This document shows positions 48,918 through 56,326 of a DNA stretch of 58,109 nt, piece after piece. The notes beneath the pieces are model-generated. The model ran no database searches. It saw nothing but the letters and a program-made list of their open reading frames with translations, and had not been told where the DNA came from. Made by a program: the position numbers and the translations under genes. Where the stretch lies: positions 248,001 to 306,109 of the forward strand of contig JACPUC010000001.1 of NCBI GenBank assembly GCA_016192455.1, read 5' to 3'. Origin of the DNA: Candidatus Tectimicrobiota bacterium. Its GTDB lineage: Bacteria; JACPUC01. How positions within the stretch are numbered: the stretch's first letter is position 1; each line of letters begins with the position of its first letter.

Positions 48918-49955
48918 ATGAGTAGCCAGGCTCCCTTGATCAGGAAGATCGATCACCTCGGTATCGCCGTTGCCGATCGGGAGGCCGCCCTGCGTCTGTT
49001 TCACGACTGCCTGGGCTTGCCCGTGGGCGGCGAGGAGGAAGTGGCGCAGGACCGGGTGCGAACCACCTTCATCTCAGCCGGCGAGGTGAACCTGGAGCTG
49101 CTCGAAGCCACCGACGCCGAGAGCCCGGTGGCGAAGTTCCTGGCCAAACGGGGCGGCGGCGTGCACCACCTGACCTTCCTCGTCGATGATCTGCAGGCGG
49201 CCCTCGAACACTGCCGCAGCCGAGGCGTGCGCCTCATCGACGAGACGCCACGCCGCGGCGCCCACAACGCCTGGGTGGCGTTCCTGCACCCGAAGGATAC
49301 CGCCGGGGTGCTCGTGGAGCTGAAGCAGGGCGAAGCCGCTGCCGCCGAGATCGGCACGCCGGCGACACGACGCATCGCCTGGGATCGCCTGGCCGCCAGG
49401 CCCGCCGGGCTGGTGCGCCGGCAGACGAGCGCCCTCGCGGTGATCGACGTGCAGGAGAAGATGCTTCCCGCCCTCGAACCGCAGCAGCGCTTCCTGATGA
49501 TGAAGAATCTGCGGCTCCTGCTGCGCTCCGCGCCGGTCCTCACGCTGCCGGTGCTGGCGACGGAGCAGTATCCCAAGGGCCTGGGGAGAACCGCCGCGGA
49601 GCTCCAGGGTCTCCTTGCCGGCTATCCCTGCGTAGAGAAGGTGAGCTTCAGCGCCTGCGGGGTGGAGGCGTTCCAGACGCACCTGGCGGCGACGCGGGCC
49701 ACGCAGATCGTCCTGACGGGGGTGGAGACGCATGTCTGCGTCCTGCAGACGGGCCTGGGGCTGCTGCACGCGGGCTTCGAGGTGCACGTGGCGGCCGATG
49801 CCGTCTGCTCGCGCACGTCGCGCAACCACGAGGCGGGGTTGGCGCTCCTGGCTCGGCAGGGCGCCGTGATCACGACGAGCGAGGCGGTGCTCTTCGCCCT
49901 GCTGGAGCAGGCGGGGACCGACGAGTTCAAGGCGATCTCGCCGCTGCTCAAGTAG
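48918..49955 (+). CDS. Methylmalonyl-CoA epimerase fused to an isochorismatase-family hydrolase
   Basis: IDHLGIAV...ELLE...SPVAKFL.KRG.G.HH...FLHPK.T.GVLVEL, then VIDVQEK, TEQYPKGLG.T, EK.SFS, GVETHVCVLQT in one ORF. Confidence 0.88.
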   Translation: MSSQAPLIRKIDHLGIAVADREAALRLFHDCLGLPVGGEEEVAQDRVRTTFISAGEVNLELLEATDAESPVAKFLAKRGGGVHHLTFLVDDLQAALEHCRSRGVRLIDETPRRGAHNAWVAFLHPKDTAGVLVELKQGEAAAAEIGTPATRRIAWDRLAARPAGLVRRQTSALAVIDVQEKMLPALEPQQRFLMMKNLRLLLRSAPVLTLPVLATEQYPKGLGRTAAELQGLLAGYPCVEKVSFSACGVEAFQTHLAATRATQIVLTGVETHVCVLQTGLGLLHAGFEVHVAADAVCSRTSRNHEAGLALLARQGAVITTSEAVLFALLEQAGTDEFKAISPLLK

Positions 49956-50056
49956 GTGCAGGGACGGGCCCAGACCCTCGCCGCGGCCGCGATTCCGCCC
50001 ACCCAGCCGCCGCGGTTCGCTTGCAGGAGCGGCTCTGCCGCTCACACTGGGAACCC

Positions 50057-51796
50057 ATGCAGCCCCGCCATCATCGCACCGTCGAATGGGTGGTCCGCCG
50101 GCCCGACGCGGCGGTGGTGCAGCGTCTGACGCGAAGCCTGAAGATTCCCCCCTTGCTCGCCCTCCTCCTGCACAACCGCGACCTCGCCGACCTGAGCGAG
50201 GCGCGGCACTTCCTTGCAGCCTCCCTCGATCACCTGCACAGCGCCGAGGAGCTGCCGGGCATGGAGCGCGCGGCGCAACGCCTCGCCGACGCGGTGCAGG
50301 GCGGCGAGCGCCTGGCGGTGTACGGCGACTACGACGTCGACGGCACCAGCGGCACCGCGCTCCTGGTGCGCTTCTTCCGCGAGCTCGGCGCGCCGGTGAC
50401 CTACCACATCCCAAGCCGCTTCGAGGCGGGGTATGGCCTCAACCTCGACGACGTGGAGCGGCTCATCAACGATGGCGCCCGGGTCCTCATCACCGTCGAT
50501 TGCGGCACGACCAACTACGCCGAGGTCGATCATGCCCAGGGCCGAGGGGTGGACGTCATCGTCGTCGATCACCACCACACCCCGAACCAGCCCCTGCGGG
50601 TGACGGCGCTCGTCAACCCCAAGCTCGCCGGCTGCAGCTACCCCTGGCCGCACCTCGCCAGCGTGGGCCTCTGCTTCAAGCTTGCCCACGCGGTGCGGCG
50701 CCTGCTCCACCAGCGCGGCGTGAGCAAGCTGCCGAACCTGAAGCGCTCCCTCGACCTCGTGGCGCTCGGCACCATCGCCGACCTGGTGCCGTTGCGCGGG
50801 GAGAATCACACGCTCGTCCGGCATGGCCTGGAGGAGCTGACGCAGACAAAGAAGGTTGGCGTGCAGGCTCTCAAGGAGGTCAGCTTCCTCAGCGGCGAGA
50901 CGATCAACACCGGCCACGTCGGCTTCCGCCTGGCGCCGCGCCTGAATGCCGCGGGCCGCATGGAAGACGCGCGGCTGGCCGTCGAACTCATGCTCACCGA
51001 GGACCGCCGCCGCGCCGCCGAGCTGGCGGGGCAGCTTGACGCCTTGAATCGCAGCCGCCAGGAGACCCAGGAACAGATCGTCGAGGAGGCGCTCGTCCTC
51101 GCCGAGCAGCAGCTTGCGGCAACGGGCGGGCCGGGGCTCGTGGTGGCCTCGCAGGGCTGGCACATCGGCATCGTGGGGATCGTCGCGGCGCGCCTCGCGG
51201 AGACGTTCCACCAGCCGACGCTCGTCATCGCCGTCGAGGGGGCGGAATGCCGCGGCTCCGGGCGCAGCGTCCAGGGGGTGGACCTCTACCGTGCCCTGAA
51301 AGAGTGCGACGACCTCTTCACGAAGTTCGGCGGCCACACCCACGCGGTCGGCTTCTCGATGCCCGCCGGCTACCTCGACGGCTTGCAGCGGCGGTTCCGC
51401 AAAGCTGTCCTGGCGCAGGTGGGGGAGCAGCCGCCGGGCCCGAAGCTCGTCATCGACGCCGAGGTGGAGCTGGCGGCGCTCGACTTCGCCTTCGTCTCCT
51501 CCCTCGACCGCATGGCGCCGTTCGGCATCGACAACCCGGCGCCCGTCTTTTGCGCCCGCGGCGTGACGGTTCTCGGCGAGCCCCGCCTCATGGGCCGGGA
51601 GAAGCAGCACGTGCGCCTGCAGGTCAAGCAGAACGCCACGGTCTCCGCCGCCGTCGGCTTCAACCTGGCGTCAAGCCTGCGGGGGTTTGACTGGCGCGGC
51701 CGTCGGGCCGATATCGTCTTTCGCCCCAACCTCAACACCTGGAACGGCACCACTCAGGTGCAGCTCCAGCTCCAGGATCTGCGGCCCGCGGAGTAA
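50057..51796 (+). CDS. recJ: Single-stranded DNA exonuclease RecJ
   Basis: YGDYDVDG, R..GYGL, ITVDCG, DHH, GTIADLVPL.GEN, PRLNAAGR, GS.RS, FGGH, PFG.DNP.P. Confidence 0.97.
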   Translation: MQPRHHRTVEWVVRRPDAAVVQRLTRSLKIPPLLALLLHNRDLADLSEARHFLAASLDHLHSAEELPGMERAAQRLADAVQGGERLAVYGDYDVDGTSGTALLVRFFRELGAPVTYHIPSRFEAGYGLNLDDVERLINDGARVLITVDCGTTNYAEVDHAQGRGVDVIVVDHHHTPNQPLRVTALVNPKLAGCSYPWPHLASVGLCFKLAHAVRRLLHQRGVSKLPNLKRSLDLVALGTIADLVPLRGENHTLVRHGLEELTQTKKVGVQALKEVSFLSGETINTGHVGFRLAPRLNAAGRMEDARLAVELMLTEDRRRAAELAGQLDALNRSRQETQEQIVEEALVLAEQQLAATGGPGLVVASQGWHIGIVGIVAARLAETFHQPTLVIAVEGAECRGSGRSVQGVDLYRALKECDDLFTKFGGHTHAVGFSMPAGYLDGLQRRFRKAVLAQVGEQPPGPKLVIDAEVELAALDFAFVSSLDRMAPFGIDNPAPVFCARGVTVLGEPRLMGREKQHVRLQVKQNATVSAAVGFNLASSLRGFDWRGRRADIVFRPNLNTWNGTTQVQLQLQDLRPAE

Positions 51797-52242
51797 CCGC
51801 GCCGGCAGGCTATCCCCCGGACCTTCACCCACCGTTCACAGCTTATCTCCTACGTCCACATTCCTGTGAGCGACAAGGGCTCGGCCTGGCTCAGGAAGGA
51901 CACCTGCGCGCCCTTCGACGGCGTGCTCACGACAGAGGGCGATGCGAAGTGGGCCGAGGCGGCATCAGAGGTAATAACGAAGCGGAGGTGGCAAGTACAT
52001 GTTAGCCCATCGGTAGATTCCTACGAGGAGGCATTCCTTCGAGAGGTGACGAGTAGGGCGCTCTGCCGATTGTATTTGCCCCAGGGGGGGTATTAGGATG
52101 GCGCCCCCTGTATTTTTTGGTCTACTTTTGTGGCGTGGGGGGGGTGAAAACCCCGATTAGCCTCCACCCCAACCCAAGACCGATGAACACCGCCCGAATG
52201 ACTATTTTTTCTCTGGATCGGCGCTTAATAACAAGGAGGCGA

Positions 52243-53241
52243 TTAACGGTGACGCTTTTTCCCCTTGGATTTTGATTTACTGCCACCTGTTCTAGGTCCA
52301 TGTTGTTGGACCATTATGCGAGCGAGTTTAATAAAAGCCTTTCCTTCATGATTTTCTATGATCTTCACCGCGTTCGTTCCTTGAAAGGTGTGTGTTGTGG
52401 CATGAAATATTGAAAGGAAAATATCTTGCATGACTTGATCTTGTTCAAGATGTTCGATTTTCAGTCCCTGCTGTTCAAGCTCAGATCGTGGAATGTGTCT
52501 ACTGTGAGTTTTCCAGTGACCATGGGAAGATAACCATTGTGCTATTTCTGCGGGTTTTGTTGTATACCTCTCTTCCGGAACATTCCGGAACATGTATGAT
52601 GTTAGCCAACGCTTAACTAATTCCTTGGAAAGTTCTATGGCTCGCTCGCATTGCAATAAGAGGTCCGGTCCATATTGTCCTAGCATCGGATACCAAGCTG
52701 CAAGGCTTGACTGGTCGGTTGCACCTGAAAGAGCCTTATCAAATTGGTCGAGAATCGCTTGGGCAGGGACCATGCGCAATCCCAGCGGGGTGGGCAGGAG
52801 TAACTGTGGGTCAATCGGCCCCAAGAAAGAATGCTTGCCCATTACAATTATATCAGCAGCACAAGCAATCATGGTCGCCGCCGACATTGCAAGACTCGGA
52901 ACAATAACCTTGATGTGATCAAACTTTGAACGTAAGTATGAGACTATTGCTTCCGCTACTGTCGGCGAGCCTCCCGGACTATGTAAAATAAGGTCGAGCT
53001 GAGTACCAGAAAGGCCGTGAAGAACCTCCATAAAGCCCTGTAAATCTTCCTCTGCTATAGATATAACATCAGGATCGATATGTGGATCTGGTTGCGTCCA
53101 TTTGGTTGCGTAAAGAATAGTATTACGTTGGGAGTGCTCTTTTGCGCTTACAAGGTATCTTCGCCTCACTAGATCAAATTCGCTTCCGTCCCCTTTGTGG
53201 TTTTTTTGCAGCTCATTAAGTATCTCAGACCATGTTGGCAT
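52243..53241 (-). CDS. SDH family Clp-fold serine protease
   Basis: LDLILHSPGG, AMSAATMIA, LGPIDPQ, HSRHI; markedly AT-richer DNA. Confidence 0.9.
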   Translation of the reverse strand: MPTWSEILNELQKNHKGDGSEFDLVRRRYLVSAKEHSQRNTILYATKWTQPDPHIDPDVISIAEEDLQGFMEVLHGLSGTQLDLILHSPGGSPTVAEAIVSYLRSKFDHIKVIVPSLAMSAATMIACAADIIVMGKHSFLGPIDPQLLLPTPLGLRMVPAQAILDQFDKALSGATDQSSLAAWYPMLGQYGPDLLLQCERAIELSKELVKRWLTSYMFRNVPEERYTTKPAEIAQWLSSHGHWKTHSRHIPRSELEQQGLKIEHLEQDQVMQDIFLSIFHATTHTFQGTNAVKIIENHEGKAFIKLARIMVQQHGPRTGGSKSKSKGKKRHR

Positions 53242-53255
53242 ACCTCCCCCTATGG

Positions 53256-53483
53256 CTATATGGGGTTAACCTGTGGTCCGGAAGAGCTTGAAGACGAGAT
53301 ATGTTGTTTTAGCCCAGAGACGCGACGATGCGTCATGGCAGCCGATTCTAGGGCTTGATATTGTCCATATACTTCAATCATCTCCTTTATCCCTGGTTGT
53401 TGCAGTGCCCGCCTGAGAATTTCGTTGGCCTTCTTTGCCCTCTCCCTCGGGGGAATTGTTCTTTCTTCAATGTCGCTTGCCAT
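53256..53483 (-). CDS. Small hypothetical protein co-transcribed with the protease
   Basis: GGGGGA RBS; 75 aa; ends 14 nt before the protease start. Confidence 0.55.
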   Translation of the reverse strand: MASDIEERTIPPRERAKKANEILRRALQQPGIKEMIEVYGQYQALESAAMTHRRVSGLKQHISSSSSSGPQVNPI

Positions 53484-53613
53484 TTTACGCATCCCCCTTT
53501 CACTGGGCAATTTCTGCATCGCCAGGACACCCGCCCCCATCCACTGTGGTTCTCAGTCGCGCATCCAGCCTCCGCGCTCTTCGACTATGGACTGCCTCTA
53601 CCACAAATCTGTG

Positions 53614-53782
53614 ACAATGTAAAGGCAATGTCAATGCCAGGCCCCCTCCACCGCGGTCCGCCAGCAGGAGCTATACTGCGTTACATAGCCAATCCGTTGA
53701 AATACTGGTGGTTACGGTCAGATCCTCATCTCGAGCGGGGAACCGTTTACATGCCGCCAACCACCCATTGTCTTTACATTGT
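53614..53782. repeat. 17-bp inverted repeat pair (1 mismatch)
   Basis: ACAATGTAAAGGCAATG (53614-53630) and CATTGTCTTTACATTGT (53766-53782). Confidence 0.6.
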
Positions 53783-53965
53783 ACGCCTCCAACATCCTCT
53801 TGACTACCTCAATGACCGTGGCGCGTATTCTTGGAGGGGCTCATTGCAATTCCCGCACCATCTGGTAGAGCTGCCCATCCTCCTCCCGCCGGACCACCAC
53901 CTGCTCCTCGCGGTGCTTCTTCTGCTCCTTAGGATAGAGCCTCAGCTCCCGCGTCCTTCGTTCCC

Positions 53966-54403
53966 CTACCGCCCCATCAACGCCTCACGACGGATCAGGC
54001 CAGGATTCGGTGAGCCAAACGCGCCGCAGCCCGCGCCGTCGCCAATGGCGCTCCCCTGCAAGCGACTCGTCTGCAGCCGGTGCATCTCCGCGATGAGGCG
54101 GAAACGCTGCGCCAGCACCCAGGCCTCGTCCTCGCCGAGGTCCAGGGGGTCGAGGGCGGTGGCCAGCTCGACGCCGAGGTGGTGGATGAGGTCGTAGCGC
54201 TCCCAGGCCTCCTGGTTGTCGTGGCTGAGGCGGACGATGCCGCGCGGCCCGAACTGAGCTTCGCATCCCTCGCAGTCGCGGAACCGGCCTCCCATCTGAC
54301 GATCCAGCTCCTCGTCGGCCCGGCAGGCGGCGCAGCCGGCGAAGGCGGGGAAATCAAGACGGAAGGAGAGGTAGTCGGCCAGGTTGCGAAGCTCGGCGGC
54401 TAG
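53966..54403 (-). CDS. -1 frame extension of the tail assembly chaperone (T segment of GT)
   Basis: Frame open from the slippery site: LAAELRNLADYLSFRLDFP..GCAAC...CEGC...NQEAWERY. Confidence 0.75.
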   Translation of the reverse strand, partial: LAAELRNLADYLSFRLDFPAFAGCAACRADEELDRQMGGRFRDCEGCEAQFGPRGIVRLSHDNQEAWERYDLIHHLGVELATALDPLDLGEDEAWVLAQRFRLIAEMHRLQTSRLQGSAIGDGAGCGAFGSPNPGLIRREALMGR

Positions 54404-54729
54404 TTTTTTTCCGCGCCCACCTCCGCCGCGTCGGTGGCCGAGATGGCGGTGATGACGCGCGTCACGGTGTCCGGCGGCAGATCGAGGAGCAGCTCGATGT
54501 TGAACGGCACGGTCTCGCCGCGCTCATCAACAAAGCCGTACCAGTCCACCACGCAGGCGCGCAGGGTGTTCTCGGCCACCTGCGCCCAGTCGCAGACGCC
54601 GTTGCGGTCGGTGGCGCGGCGGATGAAGGCGTGCTGCTGCTTCTGGCTGAGGCGGCGATAGTAGACGCCCGCGTCGGACGCGAGGCTGAGCCTGAAGCGC
54701 TCGGTATCTTTGCGAATCGTGATCGGCAT
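54400..54729 (-). CDS. Tail assembly chaperone (gpG-like)
   Basis: Follows the tail tube; VVDW.G.VDE.GE.VPF; ends GAA AAA AAC TAG. Confidence 0.8.
   Translation of the reverse strand: MPITIRKDTERFRLSLASDAGVYYRRLSQKQQHAFIRRATDRNGVCDWAQVAENTLRACVVDWYGFVDERGETVPFNIELLLDLPPDTVTRVITAISATDAAEVGAEKN
54403..54409 (-). promoter_or_regulatory. Programmed -1 ribosomal frameshift heptamer A AAA AAC
   Basis: X XXY YYZ heptamer in correct phase directly before the G stop, joining the downstream open frame. Confidence 0.75.
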
Positions 54730-54750
54730 TGGATTCTCCTCCACCTGGAT

Positions 54751-54813
54751 GGTCCGCGGATTACACAGATGACGCAGATGAGGAATCGGCGCAATCGGCG
54801 CAATCCGCGGACC
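54751..54813. repeat. Family A palindrome
   Basis: GGTCCGCGGAT TACACAGAT GACGCAGAT...ATCGGCGCA ATCGGCGCA ATCCGCGGACC. Confidence 0.88.
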
Positions 54814-54819
54814 CCTCGC

Positions 54820-55923
54820 TTACGCCGGGTTGGTCTGCACGCTGTTCAGGCGGTAGATGTATGGCGTTGCGGAGCTGGCGACCCGTGTGTTGCCAGCGTA
54901 GGCGCCGGCGTTGAATCGTTCGTCGAGGTTCGCCGGGGTGATGGCGGTGGCCGAGGCGGTGCAGATGAAGTCGAAGGGGTTGACGATGCGCCCCTGGCCG
55001 GCGGCGCGGGCGGCCTCGGTGGTGATCTGAAGCTGCGGGATGAGGAAGGCGACGGCGAGGTTCTCCGCGCCGATGGCGGCGCCGGTGAACCAGACGCTCA
55101 TCATCATCAGGGTCTTGTTCAGGAAGGCGGTGCGGGTGTCGAGGGCGGAGGCGCCCTCCTCGGCGCCGCCCTGGCTGTAGACCGGGAAGCCGATGGAGCC
55201 GGTGACGCGGAACCGTCCGTCGCGGTGCGGCTCGTCGGTCAGGGTGGAGCGGCGGGTGGTGATGTCGCCGCGGAGGTTGTTCTCGATGCGCAGGGTGAAC
55301 GAGTTGGGGTAGATGCGGTCGTCGGTGTCGAGCGGGCTGCCGGTGAGGGTTTGGGCGGCCATGCGCACGTCGAGGTGGCTGGCGAGGGCGAGGGTGGCCG
55401 CGTAGGTGGGGACGGCGCCGGTGGTTGGGAAGGCGGTGGAGCTGAGGGTGAGGTCGTCGCAGATGAGGCCCCAGGAGCAGCGCGGGCGCTGGCCGGCCTG
55501 CCAGGAGAGGTCGAGGGAGTTGACCTTGACGGAGGCATAGCTGTCGCGGTTGGCGCCTTTCTCGATGATGAGGGTGCCGAACAGGCCGTCGAGGTCGTCG
55601 AGGAGGACGAACTCGTTGTAGTAGACGCCGCTGGCGATGGCGCCGGGTGTGTTGGCGGTGCCCATGAGGAGATTGAAGAGGAGGTCGAGTCCCTCATAGG
55701 TGAGGTGGGTGTCGATGGTTCCCTCGAATCGTTCCTCGCCGATGTCGCCGCGGCGCTGCATGGCGCTGCCGGTAAGGGCCTCGTCCTCGAGGAGGGGGGC
55801 GGTGGAGGCGATGTTCTCGCCGGTGAGGTAGAGGGCGTCGGCCAGGGTGGGCGTGACCGCCGTGCCCCAGGTGGCGCCTTTCTTGAGTACGGCTTGCGCT
55901 TCAAACCCGTAGCCGATTGCCAT
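54820..55923 (-). CDS. Major tail tube protein
   Basis: TWGTAVTP, Y.SVKVNSL.L, FTL.IENNL, R.VTGSI, IP.LQI; directly upstream of the G/GT chaperone. Confidence 0.78.
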   Translation of the reverse strand: MAIGYGFEAQAVLKKGATWGTAVTPTLADALYLTGENIASTAPLLEDEALTGSAMQRRGDIGEERFEGTIDTHLTYEGLDLLFNLLMGTANTPGAIASGVYYNEFVLLDDLDGLFGTLIIEKGANRDSYASVKVNSLDLSWQAGQRPRCSWGLICDDLTLSSTAFPTTGAVPTYAATLALASHLDVRMAAQTLTGSPLDTDDRIYPNSFTLRIENNLRGDITTRRSTLTDEPHRDGRFRVTGSIGFPVYSQGGAEEGASALDTRTAFLNKTLMMMSVWFTGAAIGAENLAVAFLIPQLQITTEAARAAGQGRIVNPFDFICTASATAITPANLDERFNAGAYAGNTRVASSATPYIYRLNSVQTNPA

Positions 55924-55947
55924 TGGAGTGTCTCCTGTTGAAGGATT

Positions 55948-56253
55948 TCAATCGGTGTAATCGGCGTAATCTGTGGATGCCGATCTGTCCACAGATTGCG
56001 CAGATTGCGCAGAGGGCGCGGCGGCGGAGCCGCCGAGCGAGGAGAGCGTAGAGAGTGGAGAGGAGGAGTGCTGTTCTCCTTTCTCCTCTCTGCTCGCTCC
56101 TTTCTCGTCGCGCACAGGCGCGACGCGGCCCTGGCGGATGAGCAGTTCGCCGATGTCATCGGGCACCTCCTGGTCGCCGTCGAGGATGCTGATGGTGTGG
56201 TTGGTGCCAGGGATCGGTACGAGGAAGCTGCGGCCGCGGTGGCGGATGCGCAT
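55948..56253 (-). CDS. Small phage protein whose C-terminal half is encoded by repeats
   Basis: Core MRIRHRG...EVPDDIGELLIRQGRV; tail reads through a family E hairpin (56039-56106) and family A half-elements (55951-56013). Confidence 0.6.
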   Translation of the reverse strand: MRIRHRGRSFLVPIPGTNHTISILDGDQEVPDDIGELLIRQGRVAPVRDEKGASREEKGEQHSSSPLSTLSSLGGSAAAPSAQSAQSVDRSASTDYADYTD

Positions 56254-56269
56254 GGCGTCTCCTGTTGGG

Positions 56270-56326
56270 TCCGCAGATTACGCAGATTGCGCAGATTCAA
56301 TCGGCGTCATCTGTGCAATCTGTGGG
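56270..56326. repeat. Family A palindrome supplying the glycosyltransferase C-terminus and stop
   Basis: Encodes PQIAQMTPIESAQSA*; 17 nt from start codon 56253. Confidence 0.88.

Noticed and set aside
51866-52118. 76-aa ORF and possible terminator after recJ
   Set aside because: No RBS or motif for the ORF; the hairpin loop is too long for a confident terminator call.
53684-53718. tRNA-derived att site (reverse strand CCACCA followed by an AT-rich tract)
   Set aside because: Only 6 bp resemble a tRNA end; no partner copy or tRNA gene was seen in the window.
53860-54060. Transposase remnant (RLQGSAIGDGA resembling an IGSG motif) at the junction
   Set aside because: The match is too short and degenerate to support.
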